A DNA stretch of 64,000 bases, from positions 65,182 to 129,181 of the forward strand of contig JAUPKX010000007.1 in assembly GCA_030837225.1 (NCBI GenBank), given 5' to 3'. This document shows positions 9,005 to 17,262 of this stretch, piece by piece. This stretch comes from Patescibacteria group bacterium (GTDB lineage Bacteria; Patescibacteriota; Minisyncoccia; Phycocordibacterales; Phycocordibacteraceae). Positions within the stretch are counted from its first letter, which is position 1; each line of letters starts with the position of its first letter. The notes beneath the pieces were generated by a model. That model saw nothing but the letters and a program-made list of their open reading frames with translations. It was not told the DNA's origin and searched no databases. Both the position numbers and the translations under genes were made by a program.

Positions 9005-10225
9005 TTAGTGCCCTTGCCCCTCTATAACTTTGCCGTCATAGATAGCTTTGTTTTCTTCTCCTGAAACCTTAAGAACTCCCCAAAGACCCCGATCAACGCG
9101 CGAGAGCGCATGATCAACAAGGATGTACTTTCCAGGAACCTGGGTATCGAACTCAACAACCGTGGCGCCACCGGCCGGCACGAGCGTTGTCTGGACATCG
9201 GTATGGGGTTCAGAGGTTATAGACCCTTCGGGAAATACCTTGTCGAATACTTCACCAATGACATGGAAGGAAGAGATGAGATTCACGCCTCCATTACCCA
9301 TATAGATTCGTGCAGTCTCCCCTGTCTGCATTTGCATAGACTCCCCAAGACCTCCTGTTTTCCCATTGAAGACCATGTAGGTCGGTTGCCCTGCAAGCAT
9401 CGCTTCAGCATCAAAGAGTTGAATACCTTTGCGACCCATGCCGCCAGTCGTGTAGAACTCGCCCTGCATAACGTAGTACTCGTGATCAACAGAAGGAAGG
9501 CCCTCTTCAGGCTCAACCAGGATGAGTCCGTACATGCCATGCGTCATGTGATTCGCTACATTCGGTGTCGCACAGTGGTAGACGAAGAGTCCGGGATGGA
9601 GTGCCTTGAAGGTAACAGTGGCAGACTCCCCCGGGGCAACCATCGTTGAAACCGCGCCTCCTCCAGGACCAGTAACGGCATGCAGGTCGATATTGTGGTG
9701 ATGTAGGCTCGTCGGATCGTTATGAAGTGTGAGCTCTACCGTGTCCCCTTCCCGCACCCGAATCATTGGTCCTGGCACTTGACCATCAAAGGTCCAATAG
9801 TTGATGAACACGCCCGGTGCCATCTCTGCAATAACTTCCTTAGTAGTTAGCTCCACTTTTACGAGCTCCGGTTCCGTACGTGTAATGGGTGACGGAACGT
9901 CGTTCGGATTGCGTGCGATGTTCTCAACACGCTCGAACGAATTGAAGTTAGAGAAGAACTTTAATACATTCCCCAACGAGAGCACAGGACCTTCAACTGG
10001 ACCGTACGTTTTGAGGAAAAACGGGTATTCAAGTCCACGCGGCAAACCATGCGGGGCATAGAAGAAGATCGAGACACCGAGGAAGACCGTGACAAGGGTA
10101 ACCGTTAGCCAGGTTGAGTGGAGCTTTCGCAAGACGAGGTAGAGAAAGACACCTGCAAAAATGAATGCAATGAAAAGACCGAACCATTCAACAAGAATCG
10201 TGCGCAGAAGGTAAATGATTTCCAT
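9005..10225 (-). CDS. nirK: copper-containing nitrite reductase NirK with N-terminal membrane anchor
   Basis: Two cupredoxin domains. Type-1/type-2 Cu ligands HHHNIDLHAVTG and VYHCATPNVANHMTHGMYGLILVEP align with canonical NirK (YHCAP...H..GMYG). Two N-terminal TM helices. Confidence 0.85.
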   Translation of the reverse strand: MEIIYLLRTILVEWFGLFIAFIFAGVFLYLVLRKLHSTWLTVTLVTVFLGVSIFFYAPHGLPRGLEYPFFLKTYGPVEGPVLSLGNVLKFFSNFNSFERVENIARNPNDVPSPITRTEPELVKVELTTKEVIAEMAPGVFINYWTFDGQVPGPMIRVREGDTVELTLHNDPTSLHHHNIDLHAVTGPGGGAVSTMVAPGESATVTFKALHPGLFVYHCATPNVANHMTHGMYGLILVEPEEGLPSVDHEYYVMQGEFYTTGGMGRKGIQLFDAEAMLAGQPTYMVFNGKTGGLGESMQMQTGETARIYMGNGGVNLISSFHVIGEVFDKVFPEGSITSEPHTDVQTTLVPAGGATVVEFDTQVPGKYILVDHALSRVDRGLWGVLKVSGEENKAIYDGKVIEGQGH

Positions 10226-10234
10226 AAGAAAGGA

Positions 10235-10588
10235 TTAGTACGGGATTTTGCACTCGTCAAAACAGTGCGCGTCGCGATTTAAAGTATAGATGCGCTCGCG
10301 TCCGGAATCAACACTCGTTACCGCATCAACAGAACGCAACACATTCAAATGATGGGTAATGGTTGGCTGCTGCAGCTCGAGTTCCGCGGTCAGCATAGTA
10401 ACGGTCATCCCCTCCTTGGCCTTTCCAAGGAGACAGACCAGCTGGTATCGACTGCGGCTCCCCACGACCTTAAAGCAGTCCGGACAGAGCTCCTCCTCTG
10501 CGGAATCCTTCACCCATTCAGGTCTCGGATACGTTTTCTCCTTCTTCTTCGCGCTCGTAGCAGATCTCCCCACCTTTTTTGTATTCAT
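10235..10588 (-). CDS. ArsR/SmtB-family metal-responsive transcriptional regulator
   Basis: Winged-HTH segment LQQPTITHHLNVLRSVDAV. Candidate metal sites ELCPDC (N-terminal) and HCFDEC (C-terminal). Confidence 0.75.
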   Translation of the reverse strand: MNTKKVGRSATSAKKKEKTYPRPEWVKDSAEEELCPDCFKVVGSRSRYQLVCLLGKAKEGMTVTMLTAELELQQPTITHHLNVLRSVDAVTSVDSGRERIYTLNRDAHCFDECKIPY

Positions 10589-10596
10589 AGATGACT

Positions 10597-10626
10597 GTCT
10601 ATTGGTATACTAAAAATCCAATAGAC
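10597..10626. promoter_or_regulatory. 9-bp inverted repeat (GTCTATTGG...CCAATAGAC) bracketing a TATACT -10-like hexamer between divergent arsR-like and nrdD genes
   Basis: Operator-like symmetry overlapping a putative promoter 42 nt upstream of the nrdD start. Confidence 0.35.
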
Positions 10627-10652
10627 GACTATCAATGTAACATGCTGCGCTT

Positions 10653-12803
10653 ATGAAAAAAGGAAAAACGTCTCGTTCTGAGGAAAAGAAAGGGTTTTCA
10701 CAAATAATCAAAAGAAGCGGCGCGCATGTTCCTTTCAAACGAGAGAAGATAGTTGCGGCTCTTACGAAGGCCGGGAATGCTACAAGCGAATACAATGCAG
10801 CTGATGCAGAGCATCTAACAGATTCTATTATCGCCCGAGCGGAAACACTTTCCTGCGAGTTTCCATCGGTTGAAGAGATACAAGACATTGCTGAACAGGT
10901 TCTGATGGAGGCATCGCATCACCAGACTGCAAAGGCATACATTGTGTACCGTAAACAGCATGCCGACATGCGAGCGCTTGCCGCGGCAGCTTCTGTTGAT
11001 CTCGTCGACGGGTACCTTGATCGACTTGATTGGCAGGTGAAGGAGAACAGCAACATGGACTACTCCCTTCAGGGACTGAACAATTACATCTTTTCTGAAG
11101 TGAGTAAGACGTACTGGCTCACTAAAGTGTACCCACAGGAAGTAAAGGTTGCACACGAGTCAGGAGATTTGCACCTACACGATCTCGGTACCCTCTCGGT
11201 ATATTGCGTCGGATGGGATCTGATGGATCTTCTATTAACGGGATTCCGTGGTGTTCCCGGAAAAATAGAGTCTGCGGCTCCGAAACATTTCCGTGCTGCC
11301 TTAGGGCAGGTCGTGAATTTCATGTATACGCTGCAGGGCGAGGCGGCGGGTGCAATCGCGTTCTCTAACTTCGACACTCTCCTCGCTCCCTTTATTCGAT
11401 ATGACAATCTCTCATACGAAGAGGTGAAGCAGGCGATGCAAGAATTCGTATTCAACATGAATGTGCCCACGCGTGTTGGCTTTCAAACGCCATTCTCAAA
11501 TATCACGCTCGATCTATCGCCATCTGCTAACTTCAAGGACTTGCCAGTCATACGAGGCGGCAAACCACAGGAAGAAACCTATGGAGACTTCCAAGTAGAA
11601 ATGGACACCATGAACCGTGCCTTCTTTGAAATTATGGCTGAGGGCGACGCTGCGGGACGTGTATTCACCTTCCCTATTCCTACCGTGAACGTAACCAAGG
11701 ACTTCGATTGGGATAACCAAAACCTGAATGGGCTCTGGGAAATAACCGCAAAATATGGCATTCCGTACTTCAGTAACTTCGTGAACTCCGACATGAAGCC
11801 TGAAGACACGCGGAGTATGTGCTGCCGTTTGCGTCTTGATCTTGAGGAGCTAGATCGCAGAGGGGGTGGTCTCTTCGGTGCTAACGCCTTAACAGGATCG
11901 GTTGGTGTTGTAACTATTAACCTTCCGCGTCTCGGCTATATTGCAAAGAGTACAGAAGAGTTCCAGACACTTCTTGCTCAGCAAATGGACATTGCCAAGC
12001 AAAGTCTTGAGATAAAGCGAAAAGCCCTTGAGCGCCTTACGCGAGCGAACCTCTATCCGTATACAAAGTTCTATCTCCGCAACATCGCGGAAATGCACGG
12101 CGAGTACTGGAAGAATCACTTCTCCACCATTGGCCTTGTTGGAATGAACGAAGCGGCGAAGAACCTCTTGGGAGAAGACATTGGCACAGAAACGGGACAT
12201 GCATTTGCGGAAGAAACACTCCTCTTCATGCGTGAGCGACTCGTTGCATATCAAAAAGACACCGGAAACCTCTACAACCTTGAGGCGACTCCTGCAGAAG
12301 GAACCGCATATCGTCTTGCCCTGAAAGATAAGAAACAGTATCCAGATATTATTGTCGCGAACGAGACGGAATACGCAAAGGGTGCAGAGCCCTTCTATAC
12401 CAACTCCTCACATCTCCCCGTTAATTACACGGATGACATTATCGAAACTCTAGAACTTCAAGATTCGCTTCAAACCAAGTACACCGGCGGGACGGTTATT
12501 CATGTGTTTCTTGGTGAACGTATTCATGATGCACGTGCGGTGCCGCAATTGGTGCGCAAGATTTGCCAGCAATTCAAGCTCCCGTACTTCACACTCACCC
12601 CAACATTCAGCGTCTGTCCGTCACATGGTTACGTGTCAGGCGAACACCCGCTCTGCCCTACCTGTAAAAGCGAGTGCGAAGTATATTCGCGCATCGTCGG
12701 GTACCTCCGTCCTGTGTCGCAGTGGAATGCGGGCAAGCAGTCAGAATTCTCAGTCAGAGAAACCTACGTAACCGAGCCTTCTGTTGTTCCAACGCTCGTA
12801 TGA
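10653..12803 (+). CDS. nrdD: anaerobic ribonucleoside-triphosphate reductase (class III RNR)
   Basis: N-terminal ATP-cone, C-terminal Zn ribbon (CPSHG...CPTCKSEC) and glycyl-radical motif (SRIVGYLRPVSQWNAGKQSEF). Confidence 0.9.
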   Translation: MKKGKTSRSEEKKGFSQIIKRSGAHVPFKREKIVAALTKAGNATSEYNAADAEHLTDSIIARAETLSCEFPSVEEIQDIAEQVLMEASHHQTAKAYIVYRKQHADMRALAAAASVDLVDGYLDRLDWQVKENSNMDYSLQGLNNYIFSEVSKTYWLTKVYPQEVKVAHESGDLHLHDLGTLSVYCVGWDLMDLLLTGFRGVPGKIESAAPKHFRAALGQVVNFMYTLQGEAAGAIAFSNFDTLLAPFIRYDNLSYEEVKQAMQEFVFNMNVPTRVGFQTPFSNITLDLSPSANFKDLPVIRGGKPQEETYGDFQVEMDTMNRAFFEIMAEGDAAGRVFTFPIPTVNVTKDFDWDNQNLNGLWEITAKYGIPYFSNFVNSDMKPEDTRSMCCRLRLDLEELDRRGGGLFGANALTGSVGVVTINLPRLGYIAKSTEEFQTLLAQQMDIAKQSLEIKRKALERLTRANLYPYTKFYLRNIAEMHGEYWKNHFSTIGLVGMNEAAKNLLGEDIGTETGHAFAEETLLFMRERLVAYQKDTGNLYNLEATPAEGTAYRLALKDKKQYPDIIVANETEYAKGAEPFYTNSSHLPVNYTDDIIETLELQDSLQTKYTGGTVIHVFLGERIHDARAVPQLVRKICQQFKLPYFTLTPTFSVCPSHGYVSGEHPLCPTCKSECEVYSRIVGYLRPVSQWNAGKQSEFSVRETYVTEPSVVPTLV

Positions 12804-13486
12804 TCTTCGGGGGCTTCGAGAAGTGCACGCTCGTTGACTACCCGGGCAAGGTAGCCTGCATGGTGTATACCATTGGGTGCAATTTCCGCTGTCCCTACTG
12901 CCATAACCCAGAACTCGTAGATGAAACGGTCGAAACAACCTACAGCGAGGCTGCCATTCTTGATTTCCTCGATACCAGGAAGGGCCTACTCGATGGTGTA
13001 GTTATCACGGGTGGCGAACCAACGATGCATGAAGAATTGCCCGCGTTCGCTCGGCGCGTGAAAGAGAAGGGGTTTCTGGTAAAACTCGATACAAACGGTA
13101 CTAATCCGGAAATGCTTCGGCGAACTATCGATGAAGGCTTGGTTGACTACGTCGCAATGGACATAAAGTCACCGCTTGATTCTTACAGCCAGACAGTTGC
13201 GCGGGCGGTTGATGTGGAAGCGATACGCGAAAGTATTAGTATATTGCTTGCCTCCTCTATTGAGTACGAGTTCCGGACGACAATCGTGAAGGGTCTGTTG
13301 TCGCCAGAAGATCTAAAACGTATCGGCGAGGCAATACAGGGAGCCAAGTCCTACTACCTTCAGAAATTCGTGCCGACAAAGATCCTCAACCCTCAATTCA
13401 AGCGGAAAGTAACGTATACAGACGAAGAGTTTGTAGAGTTTCAGAAAATAATGCACGAGTATGTTGAAACCTGCAAAATACGCTGA
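12800..13486 (+). CDS. nrdG: anaerobic RNR activating protein (radical SAM)
   Basis: CNFRCPYCHN radical-SAM cluster motif. ATGA start/stop overlap with nrdD; the ORF-track start at 12674 is upstream of the likely Met. Confidence 0.85.
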   Translation: MIFGGFEKCTLVDYPGKVACMVYTIGCNFRCPYCHNPELVDETVETTYSEAAILDFLDTRKGLLDGVVITGGEPTMHEELPAFARRVKEKGFLVKLDTNGTNPEMLRRTIDEGLVDYVAMDIKSPLDSYSQTVARAVDVEAIRESISILLASSIEYEFRTTIVKGLLSPEDLKRIGEAIQGAKSYYLQKFVPTKILNPQFKRKVTYTDEEFVEFQKIMHEYVETCKIR

Positions 13487-14675
13487 ACTATATCTGGACT
13501 ATGCTGCTGGGACACCAGTGGCTCCTGAAATACTTGAAGCCATGCTTCCATATTTCGGAAACGAGTACCATAACCCCTCATCAATGCACGCAGGCGGGCG
13601 TAAGGCTCATAGAGTACTCGACGAAGCTAGAGCAGCCATTGCGGGAATGATTAATGCAGAGAGCGACGAGATCATCTTTACTGGTTCCGGTACCGAATCG
13701 GCTAACCTGGCAATTATTGGAGCCGCACGAGCTGCTAAAGCAAAAGGCAACCACGTCATCATATCAAGCGTGGAGCACAAGGCGGTGCTTGAAGCTGCTA
13801 AAAGTCTCACCAAGGAGGGGTTCGAAGTAACGTGTCTTCCGGTTGACCGGTATGGAATGATTGACCCCGGTACTCTTATCTCACACCTACGTGACGAAAC
13901 AATCCTTGTTTCTGTCATCTACGCAAACAATGAAATCGGTACAGTCGTCCCCATACAAGAACTCTCTGCAAAGATTGCTGATGCCTGCATCAACCGAAAG
14001 AGGCCCGTCTTTCATACCGATGCATGCCAAGCGATCTCGTATCTAGATGTCGATGTGCGGGCTCTTGGAGTTGACCTCATGACCTTCAACAGCGCGAAAG
14101 TGGGCGGCCCCACAGGGGTGGCAGCACTCTACAAGCGGCGCGATGTTCGCCTTTCCCCACTTATGTACGGTGGCGAGCAAGAACAATTGTTGCGGCCCGG
14201 AACGGAGGCCCTGCCTCTTCTGAAAGGATTCGCGCACGCACTCAAAATCGCAAGGAGTCTTCGGGCAAAGGAAGTGGATCGATTGCTGGAACTTCGCCAG
14301 TACTTCATTCACGAGCTAGAGAATCGTATACCAGGACTTATAGTGAACGGCCATCCAACTGCTGTCTTGCCTAACGTAGTACACGTAACTATTCCGGGAA
14401 TTGAAGGAGAGGCAATGCTTCTCATGCTCGACGAGCATGGCATTGCAGTATCAACGGGGTCCGCCTGTTCTGCATTCGACCTCCGACCTTCGCATGTCTT
14501 GTCTGCGATAGGCCAGGAGAGCGATCTCATTCATGGAAGTATTCGATTCTCCTTTGGGCGCGACACAGACAAGGAGAAGCTTGAGTATGTACTCCACGTA
14601 TTCCCCGCTATCGTAGCGCGCCTACGATCGATATCGTCAGTAACAACCCATGCATATGAAAAACAACCCCGGTGA
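13461..14675 (+). CDS. cysteine desulfurase (class V aminotransferase, NifS/IscS-like)
   Basis: LDYAAGTPV N-terminus, PLP-lysine region (FNSAKVGGP), active-site loop STGSACS. Confidence 0.85.
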   Translation: MLKPAKYAELYLDYAAGTPVAPEILEAMLPYFGNEYHNPSSMHAGGRKAHRVLDEARAAIAGMINAESDEIIFTGSGTESANLAIIGAARAAKAKGNHVIISSVEHKAVLEAAKSLTKEGFEVTCLPVDRYGMIDPGTLISHLRDETILVSVIYANNEIGTVVPIQELSAKIADACINRKRPVFHTDACQAISYLDVDVRALGVDLMTFNSAKVGGPTGVAALYKRRDVRLSPLMYGGEQEQLLRPGTEALPLLKGFAHALKIARSLRAKEVDRLLELRQYFIHELENRIPGLIVNGHPTAVLPNVVHVTIPGIEGEAMLLMLDEHGIAVSTGSACSAFDLRPSHVLSAIGQESDLIHGSIRFSFGRDTDKEKLEYVLHVFPAIVARLRSISSVTTHAYEKQPR

Positions 14676-15084
14676 CGTCGGCAACTGGCTTTACAGCGAG
14701 ACTGTGCGCGACCATTTCTTCGCGCCCAGAAATCTTTTGCTTGATGAAGCAACATATGAAGCCGATGGGATAGGAATTGTCGGAAGCCCCGCCTGTGGTG
14801 ACATGATGGCAGTTTGGATAAGGGTGGATCCAAAGGCAGAGCGTATAACCGAGTGCAAGTGGCGGACATTTGGTTGCGCCTCCGCTATCGCCTCAACTTC
14901 GATGATGTCAGTTATGGTGACCGAGGAAGGTGGCATGCTGCTTACCCGAGCAAAAAAACTTACTCCTGAAGCAATTATTGAACGCCTGGATGGGCTTCCA
15001 GACAGGAAATACCACTGTTCTGTGTTAGGACACCTCGCCATTCGTGAAGCAATCAAAGACTATGAACAAAATCATGGAGGATAA
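14650..15084 (+). CDS. Fe-S cluster scaffold protein, IscU/NifU N-terminal domain
   Basis: Three conserved Cys (GSPACGD, FGCASAI, YHCSVL). Confidence 0.85.
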   Translation: MHMKNNPGDVGNWLYSETVRDHFFAPRNLLLDEATYEADGIGIVGSPACGDMMAVWIRVDPKAERITECKWRTFGCASAIASTSMMSVMVTEEGGMLLTRAKKLTPEAIIERLDGLPDRKYHCSVLGHLAIREAIKDYEQNHGG

Positions 15085-15766
15085 GCTTGTATACGTAGTC
15101 ACAGAGAACAAGCGGGAGAATCACGATACGGTGACGCTTTTGCTTTCGTGCGAAAAAGGGTCTGTTCCGCCATTCGTTCCAGGTCAATTCATTAGCATCT
15201 ATTTCCCCGAGCTCAACACGCCCGAGGGTAAGTCGTACAGCATTTCGGGTCCTCCGGGCAAGGAAACAATGGAAATAACAATCAAGGGAATCGGCGAATT
15301 CTCTAACCGCCTTTGTGCCATGAAGCGAGGCGACAGAATTATCGGATCTTCCCCGTATGGTTTCTTTTATAGCGAACAGGATGATACTGGCTTGGTCATG
15401 ATTGCAGGCGGTATTGGCATAACACCGTTCCGCGGCATGATAGCTCATACTCTGGAACACGAGCCTGGACGAAGCATCAGCCTATTCCATAGCGCTAGAA
15501 CGGCTGCTGATCTGATTTTTGATAAAGAGCTAGCGAATGTATCTGGATTAGCAACGCATTATTTCGTTACAAGGGACACTGTTTCTTCCCCTCTTATTAC
15601 TCCAAGAAGAATGAAGCCTGAAGATATTGTTCGGAATTGCAGGCCTGAGCTCGCCGAATTTTTTATCTGCGGATCCATACCTTTCGTACGAGATCTATGG
15701 CATGGCCTCAAGAGCCACGGTATTGCCGAAGATAGAATTTACACTGAGGCTTTCTTTTCACACTAA
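15044..15766 (+). CDS. FAD/NAD(P)-binding oxidoreductase (ferredoxin-NADP reductase / PyrK-like electron-transfer flavoprotein)
   Basis: FAD-binding R-x-Y-S motif region (GKSYSISG), NAD-binding GGIGITP glycine-rich loop. Confidence 0.7.
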   Translation: MKQSKTMNKIMEDKLVYVVTENKRENHDTVTLLLSCEKGSVPPFVPGQFISIYFPELNTPEGKSYSISGPPGKETMEITIKGIGEFSNRLCAMKRGDRIIGSSPYGFFYSEQDDTGLVMIAGGIGITPFRGMIAHTLEHEPGRSISLFHSARTAADLIFDKELANVSGLATHYFVTRDTVSSPLITPRRMKPEDIVRNCRPELAEFFICGSIPFVRDLWHGLKSHGIAEDRIYTEAFFSH

Positions 15767-15847
15767 TGTCTTCTAGATTGCATCAATAGAACACTGTCGA
15801 TCGTGGATGCGCTTCGCTCTTATCTGCAGGCAAACCGTGTAATCGTG

Positions 15848-16167
15848 TTGCGGGGGCCGGAATCGAACCGGCGTCTGGAGGTTCTTTTACACCTACTGTT
15901 TCCAGAAGGAATGGACTATACCATGATCCTGAACCAGGATCCTCCCATTATAGTCTCTGAACCTTTCCCGGAAAATTCCGAGACTTGGCTGCTGATTGCC
16001 GAATCTTCTTGTTTTTCAAGCATTCACGCTCATCCTTTCGGATCACGTTGTAGCACAAGAAGCTCTAACGGTATTCCAGCAATTTAGAGAGTTTTTCCAC
16101 TACCCGTTACCGGATAGGGTCACGTTGTTCACATGAGCCTCCCGAGGTACCTCTCCTCTACCCCGCT
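15848..16167 (-). tRNA. tRNA(CAT), likely initiator-type Met, interrupted by a group I intron (exons 16133..16167 and 15848..15883)
   Basis: Joined exons give AGCGGGGTAGAGGAGAGGTACCTCGGGAGGCTCAT|AACCTCCAGACGCCGGTTCGATTCCGGCCCCCGCAA. This folds as a canonical cloverleaf: 7-bp acceptor with unpaired A1/A72, U8, D-stem GAGG/CCTC with A11:U24, anticodon stem GGAGG/CCTCC, loop CTCATAA, T-arm GCCGG-TTCGATT-CCGGC. No CCA is encoded. Confidence 0.75.
15884..16132 (-). mobile_element. 249-nt ORF-less group I self-splicing intron in the tRNA(CAT) anticodon loop, between the anticodon and position 37
   Basis: Contains the conserved group I core elements R (GTTCAGAGACTATAA) and S (ATGGTATAGTCC), giving P7 GACTA/TAGTC. 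U at the 5' splice site, terminal G at the 3' splice site, and a candidate P1 guide (GTGACCC) pairing with the exon GGCTCAT. Confidence 0.7.
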
Positions 16168-16295
16168 ATATACTGCTTCATTGAAGAAGCTCAAAAAAGC
16201 ATACCACTTTACTAAAAAGAGTACAATTCTGAGTAGATATAAGGTTATTGCATGGGGTTCATAAACCTCGAATTTTATGATGCTATTCTTGATAT

Positions 16296-16664
16296 ATGCC
16301 TCACAAGGACCCCGAGCGCGCAAAGGAGTATCACGCGAAGTATATGAAAGAAGTGTGGTATCCGAAAAACAAGGAGAAGCACCTTGCTTACGTGCGTCGT
16401 AACAAGCAGCGAGTTACAGCATTCATCGCAGCGTACAAAAAAGATCGCTCATGCACAGACTGTGGGTTCTCGGGGAAGGAATTCCCTTTTGTACTTGATT
16501 TTGACCACCTCGATGGAGGTCTCTCGAAGAAATTTACAATCGGCAGCTGGTCACACTCAGTACTCAGCATTGAAGCTATTGAAAAAGAAATTGAGAAGTG
16601 CGAACTTGTGTGCGCAAACTGTCACCGCATACGAACCTTCTCTAAGAAGGTTGTGGAGGGCTAA
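16296..16664 (+). CDS. free-standing HNH-family (homing-type) endonuclease
   Basis: C-x2-C ... FDHLDGG ... ELVCANCHRIRT (His-Asn-His beta-beta-alpha-metal motif with zinc-finger cysteines). Lower GC than the flanks. 129 nt from the intron-containing tRNA. Confidence 0.75.
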   Translation: MPHKDPERAKEYHAKYMKEVWYPKNKEKHLAYVRRNKQRVTAFIAAYKKDRSCTDCGFSGKEFPFVLDFDHLDGGLSKKFTIGSWSHSVLSIEAIEKEIEKCELVCANCHRIRTFSKKVVEG

Positions 16665-17254
16665 ATCTCCCCATGCTCACGCATCACCATCTCATACATA
16701 GCTATGGTGCGGTGCGCGAGGTGCTCAGTTAACTCGAACGAGGAACCACTATGGGCAATCTCGTTACGTACCTTATGGGCGTCCCACGCGAACTGGAGCG
16801 TCGTAAACTTCGCAGGATTAACGGCCTTGAGCTTCTCCCCGACACCCTGGCCCGGATACCCAAGCTGAGACAACAGATCATCTAGCATAATATCCGCTTC
16901 GATAATCGCCTGGCGCCAGTCGCTCTCGTGCGGACGTTCAACAAGCTCCCGAACGTGCTCCCATCGAGAATGATCTCGTTCCACCTCCGCATGTGCAGAG
17001 TGTTCGGTGGCGTACTTCGCTGATTCTTCCCGCTTCGTCTGATGTAAACGAATGGTGGAGTTAATAAACACCGCGAGGAGCGCAATCGTTACAACAATTG
17101 AAAGCCCCGTTGCTATGAGCCAGATCTGACTCGCAAGAGCGAGCAGACTGGTCTGTAAGGAGAAGCCTCCCGGATTCGAGACGAGCTCGTAGAGGAGCCT
17201 AAAGAAATACTCGACGTTAAGAAAATGAACGGTAGGTTCCGAAGTTGTTCCCAT
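16661..17254 (-). CDS. membrane-anchored protein with C-terminal HEPN-like R-x4-H motif (DUF4145-like); function unknown
   Basis: Long N-terminal hydrophobic hairpin (LLALASQIWLIATGLSIVVTIALLAVFI) followed by a helical domain containing WDAHKVRNEIAHSG. Stop codons overlap convergently with the HNH gene. Confidence 0.45.
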   Translation of the reverse strand: MGTTSEPTVHFLNVEYFFRLLYELVSNPGGFSLQTSLLALASQIWLIATGLSIVVTIALLAVFINSTIRLHQTKREESAKYATEHSAHAEVERDHSRWEHVRELVERPHESDWRQAIIEADIMLDDLLSQLGYPGQGVGEKLKAVNPAKFTTLQFAWDAHKVRNEIAHSGSSFELTEHLAHRTIAMYEMVMREHGEI

Positions 17255-17262
17255 CCCTTGAA

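Noticed and set aside
15803-16087. 94 aa plus-strand ORF in the six-frame track
   Set aside because: It lies entirely inside the tRNA(CAT) exon and group I intron region on the opposite strand. There is no RBS or motif, so it is treated as a spurious ORF.
15848-16167. Initial idea that this T-arm plus acceptor element, about 320 nt from a matching 5' strand, is a tmRNA
   Set aside because: A bona fide tmRNA with a G3:U70 acceptor sits right after smpB at 42155..42561. Here the two flanks join into a perfect 72-nt tRNA cloverleaf and the interior carries group I R/S core sequences, so it is an intron-containing tRNA.
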